Assembly: GCA_050250895.1 (NCBI GenBank) | Contig: JBFWNU010000004.1 | Location: 334,934-398,933, forward strand | Length of the DNA stretch: 64,000 nucleotides | Source of the DNA: Vulcanimicrobiota bacterium | Lineage (GTDB): Bacteria; Vulcanimicrobiota; Xenobia; Xenobiales; JADMJV01 | Direction: 5' to 3' | In this document: positions 54,036 to 64,000 of the stretch, in pieces | Position numbering within the stretch: the stretch's first letter is position 1 | Layout of the letters: every line of letters begins with the position of its first letter | Made by a program: the position numbers and the translations under genes | Notes under the pieces: model-generated | The model's database searches: none | Seen by the model: only the letters and a program-made list of their open reading frames with translations | Told to the model about the DNA's origin: nothing

Positions 54036-54833
54036 ATGCGACTGGCGCTAGTTACCTGCGCCGAGTTCGGTCTCATCGACGACGACCAGTTTCTGGTCAA
54101 AGCCCTCGAAGCTCGAGGGCTTTTTGCATCGCCGGTGGTCTGGACCGGCCCCATCGACTGGTCCGGTTATGCGGCCGCCCTGGTGCGAACGCCCTGGGAC
54201 TACCAGGGCCGTTTGCAAGAATTCCTGGCCTTCAGTCGCTCGGTCCCGGTGCCCCTGTGGCACTCGCCCGAACTCATCGCCTGGAACGCCAGCAAGACCT
54301 ACTTGCTCGAACTTATCCCGCAAGTACCGGTGGTGCCCACCTTGCTCGACCCCGACTGGGATGAGGTGCCGTGGGACGAGGTGGTGGTCAAGCCCGTGGT
54401 GGGAGCCAGTGCCCGCGGGCTCGTTCGTCTGCGCCGCGGCCAGCCCTTGCCGACCGGCCTGGTTCAGCCATATCTGCCCAGCGTCGCCTGTGACGGCGAA
54501 TTTTCGCTGATCTTTCTCGATGGTCGCTTCACTCACGCCATTCGCAAGCAGCCAGCGGCCGGCGACTTTCGCGTGCAAGAGCATCTGGGCGGTCGCTCCT
54601 TGCCCGCCCTCGCTTCGCCCACCCTGATAGCTCAAGCCGAAGCGGTGCTGGCCTGCATCGAGCCGACGCTCTACGCCCGGGTCGACTTTTTGCCAGGACC
54701 CCAGGGTTGGCTGCTCAGCGAACTCGAACTCATCGAGCCAGAACTCTTCTTTCGCTGTTGTCCCCAGGCGGCCGAGGTGCTGGCCGACGGGATCGCCGCT
54801 CGCCTGGCCGGGGGCTGCGCCCTTACGGCCTAG
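54036..54833 (+). CDS. ATP-grasp (RimK/glutathione synthetase-like) protein
   Basis: RTPWDY, VVKP, DFRVQ, YARVD, ELELIEP. Confidence 0.85.
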   Translation: MRLALVTCAEFGLIDDDQFLVKALEARGLFASPVVWTGPIDWSGYAAALVRTPWDYQGRLQEFLAFSRSVPVPLWHSPELIAWNASKTYLLELIPQVPVVPTLLDPDWDEVPWDEVVVKPVVGASARGLVRLRRGQPLPTGLVQPYLPSVACDGEFSLIFLDGRFTHAIRKQPAAGDFRVQEHLGGRSLPALASPTLIAQAEAVLACIEPTLYARVDFLPGPQGWLLSELELIEPELFFRCCPQAAEVLADGIAARLAGGCALTA

Positions 54834-55600
54834 CCGTGATCCACCGGTCGCCAGCCCAACAAAAAGCCACGCTGAGCCAGTTGCTGCAGATCGACGAGTT
54901 CTTCGAGCTGCTGGCGGGGCATGTGGGCGACCACGCCATAGACGTAGTGGTCTTTACGGGTCAGCAAGGTGGTGTAACCCTGGTACTGCTGGGGCTCTAG
55001 TTCGCCCTGGTAAGAAGCGAGAAAGTCGCTGGCCGGCAAGACATAGACCGACACCCGCTGGTCCCCCTTGAGATACATCAAGTGCCCAGCCCGGACCTCG
55101 CCGGCCGGGCATTCGCGCTGGTCGTAAGCGACCAGCTCAGACGAAACCGTGGGCGAGGGGGGCTTGTCGCCACCGAGCTTATCGAGCCATCGCTGGTATT
55201 GAGACTTGCGACCCGGGCTGGGGGCGATATCGAAACAGGTCTCATGATGATCGACCAGGGCGATGATGGCCTCGTCGGCCCGAGGGCGATAAAGATAGCC
55301 AAGACAGACCAGACAGATGACGGCGGCCGCGGCCAGCACCTTGAAGACCAGCGGGCGCAGGGGTCGGACCTTCCTCTGACGCTCTTGAGCGATGGCCTCG
55401 AGTAGACGCGCTTGAACCTCGGCCGGATATTCGAACTCTGGCTGGCTCCGCACCAGGGCGCCGCGTAACCCCACCAGGAATTGCTTCTTCAAGCGACAAT
55501 CCTCGCAACTGGCCAGATGCTCTTCCACCGTCACCGGGTCGGACAGGTGGCCGTTGAGATACTCGGTCAGTTGGTCTTGTACGTCTTGGCAGGCTTGCAT
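54830..55600 (-). CDS. Zinc-finger (ZAS) membrane anti-sigma factor
   Basis: C...HLASCEDC, one TM segment; GGAG RBS. Confidence 0.88.
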   Translation of the reverse strand: MQACQDVQDQLTEYLNGHLSDPVTVEEHLASCEDCRLKKQFLVGLRGALVRSQPEFEYPAEVQARLLEAIAQERQRKVRPLRPLVFKVLAAAAVICLVCLGYLYRPRADEAIIALVDHHETCFDIAPSPGRKSQYQRWLDKLGGDKPPSPTVSSELVAYDQRECPAGEVRAGHLMYLKGDQRVSVYVLPASDFLASYQGELEPQQYQGYTTLLTRKDHYVYGVVAHMPRQQLEELVDLQQLAQRGFLLGWRPVDHG

Positions 55601-55619
55601 GTCTTTCTCCAGCCCCCAC

Positions 55620-55680
55620 AATGGGGCCGGCTCCAGAAAAAGTTCCCGATCTCGGAACTTTTTTTTGGAGGATTCCAAAA
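55620..55680. promoter_or_regulatory. Back-to-back ECF-type -35 elements (GGAACTT on both strands)
   Basis: AAAAAGTTCC-cgatctc-GGAACTTTTT; on minus strand GGAAC-N18-CATT. Confidence 0.55.
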
Positions 55681-55701
55681 GTGGCCGCATAACCCGGGCG
55701 A

Positions 55702-56244
55702 GTGAGCGACACTTTCAACGACGAGGCGCTGACCCACTCCGAAGCCCTGTACCGCTTCGCGCGGCGGCTTTGTCGTTTGCCGGCCGACGCCGAAGACTTG
55801 CTCCAAGAAACCTTCCTCAAGGCCTATCGCTCCTTTCACCAGTACACTCCCGGCACGAACTGCAAGTCGTGGCTGTTTCGCATCATGCACAACTGCCACC
55901 GCCAGAAGTGGCGCAAAGCCGAAACCCGAGCCACCCATGTGGCCATCGAGCAAGAGGGCGGTGAATTCGTGCTGCACAACTACATGCTCGAAAAAGACGA
56001 GACCTATCGAGACAATCCCGAAAAGCGGCTACTCGACCGCTTGCCCTCGGCCGCCATGCAAAAGGCTCTCGAAGAATTGCCCGAAGAGTACCGCACCACG
56101 CTGTTGCTGTGCGACGTCGAGCAGATGTCGTATCAAGAAGTGGCCGATCTGCTGGAGGTGCCGATCGGCACGGTCCGCTCGCGACTCAACCGGGCTCGCG
56201 GCCGGCTGCAGCGAAGGCTCATGCAACTGCAATCACTCGAGTAG
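55702..56244 (+). CDS. ECF sigma-70 factor
   Basis: DAEDLLQETFLKA, WLFRI, SYQEVAxxLxVPIGTVRSRLNRAR. Confidence 0.95.
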   Translation: MSDTFNDEALTHSEALYRFARRLCRLPADAEDLLQETFLKAYRSFHQYTPGTNCKSWLFRIMHNCHRQKWRKAETRATHVAIEQEGGEFVLHNYMLEKDETYRDNPEKRLLDRLPSAAMQKALEELPEEYRTTLLLCDVEQMSYQEVADLLEVPIGTVRSRLNRARGRLQRRLMQLQSLE

Positions 56245-58692
56245 TTCACCCTCTTCTTCCTCGACGTAGGGCGGCAAAGCGATCGAGAAGGTGGCTCCCC
56301 GATCGGGTTGCGAGCGCAAGGCCAGACTGCCGCCATTGCGTTCGACCAGTTCCAGGCTGACCGAAAGCCCGAGACCGGTGCCCTGGCCGACATCCTTGGT
56401 GGTGAAGAAAGGGTCGAAAATACGGTCTTGCAGCTCGGGCGCCACCCCCGGACCGGTGTCGACCACCTCGAGCAAGACCCTCTCCCCGTCAAAGCGCGAA
56501 AAGACCGTGACCAGGGTGTCGGAGGCTTCGGGCAAAAGCACGGCGTCCTTAGCATTGATGATCAGGTTGGTCAGGACCTGTTGGAGCTCGGTGCGGTTGG
56601 CGCGAACCAGCGGAACCTCGGAGAGCCGCTTCTCCAGGCGGACCCCCAGCTTGACCACTTGAGGGCCGATGAGGGCCAGAGTGTCGCTGAGCACCTGGTT
56701 GGGATCGACGGTCTGCTGTTCAGAGGGTGCCCGGCGTGAATAGACGAGCAGCTTGGAGATGATCTCGCGGGCGCCTTTGGCCGCTTCTTCGGCCACCGCC
56801 AGCTTCTTGTCGGCTGGTCCGAGGTTGCCCTTTTTGATGTTGATCCGCACCGATTGGACGGCCAACAGGATGGCCGCCAACGGCGAGTTGATCTCATGGG
56901 CCACCCCGGCCGCCAGCTGCCCGATGGCGGCCATCTTCGAGGATTGCACCAACTGAGCTTGCGATTCTTCCAACTCTTGATTGGTAGCCAGAACCTGCTG
57001 ATAGAGACGACTGTTGGTGCAGACCGCGGCCGCGTGGTAGGCCAGGGTCATCAGCACGTCCTGATCATTGCGGGAAAAGGCGTTGGGCGTGGGCGAGGTT
57101 AGCGTGACGATACCCTCGACCCGGTCCTCGGACAGGATCGGCACCACCAGCACCCCTTTGGCGCCGGCCGTCGGCTGGCCAAAGCGAGACGTCTGGATAT
57201 CTTCAAAGAGCAAAGGGCAGCCCTGCGTGGTGGCTGCCTGCAGCAACCCCTCGAGCGCAGGGGTCCAGCGAACCGAGTCGGGCCAATGCAGACGCAACGA
57301 GCGTTCGTCGCTCAAGAGCACGATGCAGCCAGCCTGGTGATGAGGCACCAACCCTCGGGCCAGCCGCTGGAGCCGGTCGAGCAGGGCGGCCGGGTCGAGG
57401 GTCGAGGCCATCTCTCCCGAGGCCGCCAGCATCGCCGCCAGGCGCTCGTTCCACAAGGAAAGATTCTGGTTGGCCTCCGCCTGCGAAGTCAGGGCCGTGC
57501 CCAGCTCTTCGGACCGGCGGGCCGAGACCAGCGCTGGCACCACCTGGTCGGCCAGCAGTGCCAGCAGGTTCAGTTCGGCCCGCTCGAAACGCTCGCGGTG
57601 AATCTTGCCACAATAGAGCACCCCCACCCGAAACAGCGGCAGAGCCACCGCGCTTTGCTCGTCGTCGAAAAGGCGCGGACCGGCCAGGTGGTGTGGCTTG
57701 GTCAAGAGCACCTTGCGCTCTTGCCAGCACTGCAACACGATGGGTTCGTGGGTATCGAGCAGTTCGAAGCTCTCGAGCTTCTCGCGGTGGCGGCTCTTCC
57801 AGCCCTTGGGCACCAGTCGCTCTGCCTCTTCCAGAAAGATGACGGCACTGTCGCAGCGCACCACCCGCTGAGCCATGGTGACGGCCATCTCGATGGTCGC
57901 CTCGAGCCCCGGTCCGCGGGCCAGTTCGGCCGCCAACTGGTCGAGCAGGGCACGCTCTTCATACTTCTCGCTCAAAGTTCGCTGGGTCACGTTGAGGGCG
58001 TTGCCCAGCTTTTCAGCCTGCCGCTCGGCTGCCTCCTGGCGTTGCTTGAGCAGGCGGCGGGTCAGGGTTTCGACCTCGCTGGTGACGAAGCGGCCGAAGC
58101 GAACCCCCGACATCAGGATGGGCATGGTGGCTAGCGCCAGCCACGGCTCGGTCTGCATGCTGGTGGCGATCAGGGGAGCCAGGAGTCCCGCCCCGGCCTG
58201 GAACGGGAAGAGATTCAGCCGAATGAAACTCTCTTGTTCGGGGTCGATGTCACCGGCTAGTTGGCCGGGCAACCACAGCATCAAGGGCGAGTAAAGGCCG
58301 AGCGCCAGGAAAGTGCGCCCCAACAAGCCCGGATCCGTGAAGAGCACCTCGGCCGGTGGCCCCGACAGCGTCAGGGCCATCAGTCCGGGCAGCAGGTCCA
58401 CCAATATGTCGCGAAGTTTGGGGCCGCCATGGAGCACGCTCTTGAGCAAGACTCCACCAACCATAAACAGGACGGCCGCTCGCAGCCCCACCCCTTCGGT
58501 GAGTGCGATGGCCAGATAGATGGGGAAAGCCAGGCTGAACAGTCCGTAGCCAGGCACCACCACAGCTCGCGCCTCGATCACCACCACAGCGATGAGATAG
58601 GCGTAAAGGAGAACCGAGGAGGTGGGATTTGTGCCGACCCAGAGGTCGAAAGCGCCCAGAACCAGGCAAAGCAGCAGGGCTGGGCGTTCCAA
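56233..58692 (-). CDS. Membrane sensor histidine kinase with two GAF domains
   Basis: AHEINSP, NLIINA, DTGPG, FDPFFTTK, GTGLGL. Confidence 0.92.
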   Translation of the reverse strand: MERPALLLCLVLGAFDLWVGTNPTSSVLLYAYLIAVVVIEARAVVVPGYGLFSLAFPIYLAIALTEGVGLRAAVLFMVGGVLLKSVLHGGPKLRDILVDLLPGLMALTLSGPPAEVLFTDPGLLGRTFLALGLYSPLMLWLPGQLAGDIDPEQESFIRLNLFPFQAGAGLLAPLIATSMQTEPWLALATMPILMSGVRFGRFVTSEVETLTRRLLKQRQEAAERQAEKLGNALNVTQRTLSEKYEERALLDQLAAELARGPGLEATIEMAVTMAQRVVRCDSAVIFLEEAERLVPKGWKSRHREKLESFELLDTHEPIVLQCWQERKVLLTKPHHLAGPRLFDDEQSAVALPLFRVGVLYCGKIHRERFERAELNLLALLADQVVPALVSARRSEELGTALTSQAEANQNLSLWNERLAAMLAASGEMASTLDPAALLDRLQRLARGLVPHHQAGCIVLLSDERSLRLHWPDSVRWTPALEGLLQAATTQGCPLLFEDIQTSRFGQPTAGAKGVLVVPILSEDRVEGIVTLTSPTPNAFSRNDQDVLMTLAYHAAAVCTNSRLYQQVLATNQELEESQAQLVQSSKMAAIGQLAAGVAHEINSPLAAILLAVQSVRINIKKGNLGPADKKLAVAEEAAKGAREIISKLLVYSRRAPSEQQTVDPNQVLSDTLALIGPQVVKLGVRLEKRLSEVPLVRANRTELQQVLTNLIINAKDAVLLPEASDTLVTVFSRFDGERVLLEVVDTGPGVAPELQDRIFDPFFTTKDVGQGTGLGLSVSLELVERNGGSLALRSQPDRGATFSIALPPYVEEEEGELLE

Positions 58693-58697
58693 GGCCG

Positions 58698-59006
58698 CTA
58701 AGGCGCCCCGAAATCACCGGGTGTGGCGAGAATGTGCATGGCGCGAAAAAGCTCTTCGCGCTGAATGCGAAAATCGACCCCCAGTTCTTGACCGCGCTTC
58801 TGCAGGTCCTGACGCAACTTCAACAGGTTGAAGGAGTCGCAATTCGAGGACTCGGCAAAAAGAAGAAGTCCCCCGCGGGCCTGCTCGGTGCGACTGACCA
58901 CCAGGCCCTGGTCGGCCAACAGACCCAGCACCCTGCTCTCGAATCCCCCTTCGCCCTTGAGGCTGAAGGCTGCGATGATCAAACTACAACCGGAACTCAT
59001 AGGCAC
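58698..59006 (-). CDS. ACT-domain protein (UPF0237/GcvR-like)
   Basis: ELGVDFRIQREELFRAMH tail. Confidence 0.7.
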   Translation of the reverse strand: MPMSSGCSLIIAAFSLKGEGGFESRVLGLLADQGLVVSRTEQARGGLLLFAESSNCDSFNLLKLRQDLQKRGQELGVDFRIQREELFRAMHILATPGDFGAP

Positions 59007-59042
59007 AGGTTCACCGCCTGCAGCGAGCCCCCTCCTCCGGCC

Positions 59043-59714
59043 TTAAGGAGCGACTTCGGTCCACACCGGCAGGCGGAAAGGCTGCCCTTTGTGCGTTCCC
59101 TCGATCCACCACGGGCCGGCCGCCTCAACCTTGAGGTCTCCCAGCGTTTTGCCTTTGAGGTCACCCGCCTGGCCCACCCCGCCCTGGCCTTTGAATTGAA
59201 GCGACTGCTTTGCAGTTCTGACGGTCAGGGTGTAGTGTTGGCCCTGGGCCAACAACAGGTCGGCGCTGGCCCCGGTCGCCTCTTTGCCTGCCCAGCGCGG
59301 GCCGCTGCCGGCCTCGGCCTTGAGGGACCGCAGGGCTGACACCAGCCCGGTCAGGGGAACGGGCAGGTCCCGGCGACCCTGCTCCCAGCTGTAGTCACGC
59401 CGGCTGCCAGCAGACTGATAAACCAGAGAGGTGGTCATATTGGCGTATTGCCTGAGCTGGATGCCTTCTGCCGCTTTGAGACAGTTCAGCACCTTTTGCA
59501 GCTGGGTCTTGTCCACTTTGCCCAGATAGGTCCGGGTGGCGTGCCCCGGCGTCACCATCGTAGTCTTGAAAAGCGAGCCATCCGAGCGCAGTTCCGTTCC
59601 GCCTCCCCCACCGGTGATTCCCCCGGCGGTGGTCAGCGTGATCCGCCACGGTTCCTCGGCCAATCCGGGCACGGCGCACAGCAAGAGCAGAACTATTCCT
59701 AGTCTCGTTCGCAT
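59043..59714 (-). CDS. Secreted protein, emfourin-like N-terminal domain
   Basis: Signal peptide; TAGGITG motif. Confidence 0.55.
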   Translation of the reverse strand: MRTRLGIVLLLLCAVPGLAEEPWRITLTTAGGITGGGGGTELRSDGSLFKTTMVTPGHATRTYLGKVDKTQLQKVLNCLKAAEGIQLRQYANMTTSLVYQSAGSRRDYSWEQGRRDLPVPLTGLVSALRSLKAEAGSGPRWAGKEATGASADLLLAQGQHYTLTVRTAKQSLQFKGQGGVGQAGDLKGKTLGDLKVEAAGPWWIEGTHKGQPFRLPVWTEVAP

Positions 59715-59827
59715 CAGTCATGCTTCTGGCGGCTAGCGGGACCTCCTGTGAGGCCACCCGCCTGATACGATCTCGATGAAGTCTGGCCGGGCCAGGATTC
59801 TGGCCCTGGTCAGGAATATCAAGAACC

Positions 59828-60526
59828 ATGCCAAACTTCTCGCAAGTTCCCCCGCACGCCTCGGGTCGCCTGGGCAAGTTGCTGCTCATCGAAGACAACC
59901 CCGAACTCTCGCGCTTGCTAGAAGCCTATCTGAGCAAGCAGGGCTTCGAACTCGAGGCCGTGGACGAGGGGGACGGAGTGCTCGAGCAACTCAAGCAGGG
60001 CTATGACCTGATTCTGCTCGACTTGCTCTTGCCCGGCATTAGCGGCATGGAAGTCATCAAGCGAGTGCGCGCTCGCACGCCCCTGCCCATCCTGGTGATC
60101 TCGGCTTGCGCGGCGGGCGAGGACCGGGTCAAGGCTCTCGACCTGGGGGCCGACGACTACCTGGTGAAGCCGTTCCTGCCGGCCGAACTGGTGGCTCGGG
60201 TGCGGGCCCTCTTAAGACGAACCCGAACGGTCCAGCCCTCAGCTTATGAGTCGGTGCTCGAGATCGATCCGGCCAGTCGCGAGGTCCGCCTGCTGGGGCA
60301 GCCCGTCGATCTCACCGAGCGCGAGCGCGAATTACTGATGGTGCTGGCCTCCGAGCCGGGTCGAAACTTTACCCGAGCCGAACTGCTGGAGCGAATCTGG
60401 GGAGGCACCCAGGATACCCGTCGCGTCGACCTCTACATCAGCCGCATTCGAGCCAAGTTGCGGCTACCAGGCGACCAGGAGTTCGTCCATTCCATCTACG
60501 GAGTAGGCTATCGCTTTGGCCAGTGA
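59828..60526 (+). CDS. OmpR/PhoB family response regulator
   Basis: LLIED, LLDLLLP, GADDYLVKPF, RVDLYISRIRAKL, GVGYRF. Confidence 0.95.
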   Translation: MPNFSQVPPHASGRLGKLLLIEDNPELSRLLEAYLSKQGFELEAVDEGDGVLEQLKQGYDLILLDLLLPGISGMEVIKRVRARTPLPILVISACAAGEDRVKALDLGADDYLVKPFLPAELVARVRALLRRTRTVQPSAYESVLEIDPASREVRLLGQPVDLTERERELLMVLASEPGRNFTRAELLERIWGGTQDTRRVDLYISRIRAKLRLPGDQEFVHSIYGVGYRFGQ

Positions 60527-60538
60527 GAAGTCCGTCCC

Positions 60539-61903
60539 GTGCGCCTGAAAAACTTGCTGACCCTGGCTCTGGTCGCCTTGAGCCTGCTGGTCCTTGCCAT
60601 CTACAGCGCCCTGTTCCGGAATACCGGGCTGGCCGACGCCCAGGGACCGCCCCCCGTGGTCTTTCATTTTCCCAACAGCCGTGAGGTCCATCTGGCCGAG
60701 CAACACCGGTGGCCCGAGCTACGCCACCATCTCGGCACGGTCCCCTGGCCCCCCGACACCGCGGCTGCCTACCAGCCTCTGGCGGGCGAGCGGATTCAGC
60801 TTCGGCACTTCGTGGATGACTTTCCTCAGAATCTCATCGACCGCTCGGATGAGGCGGGAACCTGGTTGCTCGAGGTCCACCCCGACTTCGTCTATCAGGT
60901 GTTTCCCATTCATCGCGACGGTCGATTGGATGGACACGTGCTGGTCCATCTCACGCCCGGCCCGCGCTTCAACGAGCACCGGCGTCCCGCCATGGTCACG
61001 GCTCGTTGGGCCAGCGCGACGGTGGCCTTGCTGGTCTGCCTGATGATGGTGCAGCTGGCCAGCCGCCGCTCGGCCGTTCGCCTGGAAGAGCTGGCCCAGG
61101 CCGCTCTCAGTCTCTCGGCCGGCCAGCGCCGGCGCCTGGACCCGCCCCGAGTCCCCCTCGAGTTAGCCCAGTTGGGAGAGGCCTTCAACACCATGAGCGA
61201 CCAGCTCGAAGAGCGTATGGCGCGGTTGGTGGAAGCTCGCCAGGCGGCCGAAGAGGCCGATCGATTGCGGCGGGACTTCATCGCCGATATCGCCCACGGC
61301 ATCGGCACCCCCCTGGCCTCGATCCACCTGAGACTGCAGTCTCTAGGCTCCCTTACACCGAGCGAGCGCAGCCAGGCCGAGAAGAAGTTGCTGCGCGACA
61401 TCGCCTGGGTCAGCCAGGCCTCGCGGCGACTGCTCGACCTATCGGTGTGGGAGACGGTCGAGCCCGAACTGCGTCTGACCGAGTTCGACCTGATGCAGCC
61501 GGTCATGGAGACCATCGAGACCCTCGAAGAACCGTTGCTCGAGGCCGGCATGGAGCTCGACCTCAAAGATCTGCGCGCTCTGCAGGTCCGGGCCGACCTC
61601 GGGGCGGTGCGCGAGATTCTGGTGGCCTTGCTCGAGAACTGTGTCAAACACTCGGGAGGAAATTGTCGTTTGCTGGTCAGGGCCGAAGAGAGCGAGGGTC
61701 AGGTCGAGGTGACCATCCGGGACGAAGGGGTGGGAATGGGCGAAGAGCAGCTGAGTCGGGCCGCTCAACGCCACTACACCACCGGCGGCAGCGGATTGGG
61801 TCTGGCCATCGCCCGCCGCCTCGTCGAGGCCCATGGCAGCCGCCTATCGATCACCAGTGCTCCCGGCCAGGGGGTGGAGTTTCGCTTTCGCCTAGATTCT
61901 TAG
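60539..61903 (+). CDS. HAMP sensor histidine kinase
   Basis: Two TM segments, ELxxLxxAFNxM, IAHGIGTP, DEGVG, GSGLGL. Confidence 0.88.
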   Translation: MRLKNLLTLALVALSLLVLAIYSALFRNTGLADAQGPPPVVFHFPNSREVHLAEQHRWPELRHHLGTVPWPPDTAAAYQPLAGERIQLRHFVDDFPQNLIDRSDEAGTWLLEVHPDFVYQVFPIHRDGRLDGHVLVHLTPGPRFNEHRRPAMVTARWASATVALLVCLMMVQLASRRSAVRLEELAQAALSLSAGQRRRLDPPRVPLELAQLGEAFNTMSDQLEERMARLVEARQAAEEADRLRRDFIADIAHGIGTPLASIHLRLQSLGSLTPSERSQAEKKLLRDIAWVSQASRRLLDLSVWETVEPELRLTEFDLMQPVMETIETLEEPLLEAGMELDLKDLRALQVRADLGAVREILVALLENCVKHSGGNCRLLVRAEESEGQVEVTIRDEGVGMGEEQLSRAAQRHYTTGGSGLGLAIARRLVEAHGSRLSITSAPGQGVEFRFRLDS

Positions 61904-64000
61904 CTTGACCACGGTGACGCCCCAGCCCCCCTCGTGGACTTCGCCTAAGCGATAGTCGGCCACCAGGGTGTGCTGACGCAGGTGGCTCTGGACGGCATTG
62001 CGCAAAGCGCCGGTCCCCTTGCCGTGAATGACTTCGAGCTTGTCCGAGCGGGCCATGGCAGCGGCGTCGAGATAACGGTCTAGCTCGAAGAGAGCCTCGT
62101 CGACGGTGAGCCCGCGCAGGTCGACCCGGGTCGAGACCTTATCGCGACCGCTCTCGGGCAGGCGGATCTGGGTGGCCTCGCGGCGAGCCTCGATCACCTC
62201 CAGGTCATCGCGGTCGACGGTCATGCGAACGGCGCCCAGCCGGACCTCGACCCGGTCGCCCTTGTGCGAGATGACCTCGCCGTCTTGCCCGTAGCGGCGG
62301 GCGTAGACGGCCGTGCCGGGCTCGAGCGGAGCACTCGCGTCCGCCGGCTTGGGAGCAGGTCGGTAGGGAGCCAACTGCTCGTCGAGTTGAGCCAGGGCGG
62401 CCTCGACCTGGCGGGCCTCGCGGCGGGCGACTTCGTCGACCACGTCCTCGTCCGGTTCGGGCTCGGCCGGGGTTTCGGTGGTGGCGAACTGCTCGTCAAA
62501 GCCCTCCTCTTCGGCCTCTTCCAGGGGAGCTTCCAACTCCTCCTGGCTCGGTTCTGGGGGCGGCTCGACCCGTTGAGCCAATTCTTCGGTCAACTGGCGG
62601 GCCTGCTCGAGAGCGTCCCGGCGAGCCTGACCCAGAGCTTTCATGCGGGTGCGAAAGTCTTGCAGCAAGCCGGTGACCTTCTTGCGGGCATCTTCCACCA
62701 GGCGTCCGGCCTCGACCGAGGCCTCGGCCAGCAGTCGTTCGCGCTCGTCGCGAGCGGCTCGCATCTTCTCTTCATAGGCCCGGCGCAGCTCCGACAGCTC
62801 GCGATTCTCGACCTCGAGCCGCCCTTCCAGAGCCCGCACGGCGTCGCGTTCGTGCTCGAGATCGTCGAGCAACCCCTCCACCCCGGCATGGTCCTGGCCC
62901 AGGTGCTCGCGAGCCCGCCGCAGCACTTCTCGAGGCAATCCCAGGCGGTCGGCGATGGCCAGAGCGTTGGAGCGGCCGGGAATGCCCATCAAAATGCGAA
63001 AGGTCGGCGATAGGCTGGCGGCGTCGAACTCGACAGCCGCATTCTGAAAGCCCGGGGTCTGAGCGGCGTGGACCTTGAGTTGGGATAGATGAGTGGTCAG
63101 CACCGTCAGCCCGCCCTGGGCGTTGAGATAGTCGAGCAGGGCGATGCCCAGCGCGCTGCCCTCGGCCGGGTCGGTGCCCGCCCCCAGTTCGTCGAGCAGG
63201 ACCAGAGTGCGGGGGCCCGATTGGGGTAGGATGCGCAAAATCTGGGTGAGGTGGGCGGAAAAGGTCGATAGGCTCTGGGCGATGCTCTGCTCGTCGCCGA
63301 TGTCGGCCCAGACGCCCGTCAGTAAAGGCACGGTGGTGCCCGAACTGGCGGGGATGGGCATGCCGCACAGCGCCATCACGGCCAGCAAGCCCACCGTCTT
63401 GAGCCCCACCGTCTTGCCCCCCGTGTTGGGACCGGTGATGACCAGGGTGGTGAAACCGTCACCCACTTCGATCGAGATCGGCACGCAGTCTCGCCCCAGC
63501 AACGGATGGCGGGCGTTGACCAGGCGCAGGGCGCAATCCTCTTTGACCTCGGGCAGGTTGGCCCCCGCCTCGACGGCGTAACGAGCCAGGGCCAGGATAG
63601 CATCGAGATAGCCGAGGGTGTTGGCCACCTCGAGCAGCCGATGGCTCTCTTCCCCCACCCGGCCCGAGAGGCCGGCCAGCACGGCCTCGACCTCTTTCTC
63701 TTCGGCCAGCTCGGCCGAGCGCAACTTGTTGCCCAGTTCTACCACCGAGTAGGGCTCCATGAAGACCGTGGCGCCGCTGGCTGACTGGTCGATCACCAGG
63801 CCCGGAAACTGCCCTCGATGGTCGGCCTTGACCGGCACCACGTGGCGGCCGTTGCGTTGAGTGACGATGGGCTCTTGCAGTAGCCTGGCGATGTCTCCTC
63901 GACGCAAGATATTCTGCAAGGTCGACTGGACCTGACCCTCCAGGCGGCGAACCTCGAGGCGCAGCTTGCCCAGCCGCGGGCTGGCCGTGTCGAGCACCCG
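61892..64000 (-). CDS. mutS2: Endonuclease MutS2 (5' end beyond window)
   Basis: TGPNTGGKT, DEQSIAQSLSTFS, LDELGAGTDP; Smr domain DLRG...IHGKGTG. Confidence 0.96.
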   Translation of the reverse strand, partial: RVLDTASPRLGKLRLEVRRLEGQVQSTLQNILRRGDIARLLQEPIVTQRNGRHVVPVKADHRGQFPGLVIDQSASGATVFMEPYSVVELGNKLRSAELAEEKEVEAVLAGLSGRVGEESHRLLEVANTLGYLDAILALARYAVEAGANLPEVKEDCALRLVNARHPLLGRDCVPISIEVGDGFTTLVITGPNTGGKTVGLKTVGLLAVMALCGMPIPASSGTTVPLLTGVWADIGDEQSIAQSLSTFSAHLTQILRILPQSGPRTLVLLDELGAGTDPAEGSALGIALLDYLNAQGGLTVLTTHLSQLKVHAAQTPGFQNAAVEFDAASLSPTFRILMGIPGRSNALAIADRLGLPREVLRRAREHLGQDHAGVEGLLDDLEHERDAVRALEGRLEVENRELSELRRAYEEKMRAARDERERLLAEASVEAGRLVEDARKKVTGLLQDFRTRMKALGQARRDALEQARQLTEELAQRVEPPPEPSQEELEAPLEEAEEEGFDEQFATTETPAEPEPDEDVVDEVARREARQVEAALAQLDEQLAPYRPAPKPADASAPLEPGTAVYARRYGQDGEVISHKGDRVEVRLGAVRMTVDRDDLEVIEARREATQIRLPESGRDKVSTRVDLRGLTVDEALFELDRYLDAAAMARSDKLEVIHGKGTGALRNAVQSHLRQHTLVADYRLGEVHEGGWGVTVVKLRI

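Noticed and set aside
1-64000. Very frequent TCGA/CTCGAG words
   Set aside because: Plausibly explained by codon pairs such as CTC-GAG and GTC-GAC; enrichment cannot be shown without a codon-aware count

Overview
GC-rich bacterial chromosome segment with dense coding and no rRNA, tRNA, CRISPR array or integrase that I can support. (1) 1-18 kb is an accessory region of hydrolases and toxin-like enzymes (pentein deiminase, HYD1-like ADP-ribosyltransferase, App1-like phosphatase, HExxH metallopeptidase, subtilase). Several lack signal peptides, have disordered Pro/Ala/Arg-rich N-termini and appear to be leaderless. (2) The most unusual signal is at 6.9-10.0 kb: a cluster of short non-coding transcription units. 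Three near-identical units (palindromic operator, promoter, invariant 16-nt anti-SD-like segment, terminator) alternate with cargo genes, one of which is an orphan PqqD/RRE + Tat-like leader + 14-Cys peptide fusion. Two or three further unrelated sRNA-like units lie nearby. (3) 18-43 kb is a Wzx/Wzy polysaccharide locus with a sulfotransferase and a GH10 enzyme, contiguous with a Pfa/Hgl-like single-polypeptide PKS, thioester reductase, enoyl reductase, acyltransferase, RhlB-like glycosyltransferase and 2OG hydroxylase. (4) 43-64 kb holds sugar and signalling genes (multi-REC diguanylate cyclase, divergent ECF sigma/anti-sigma pair, two-component systems) and a partial mutS2. All calls come from motif reading by eye; no searches were run.
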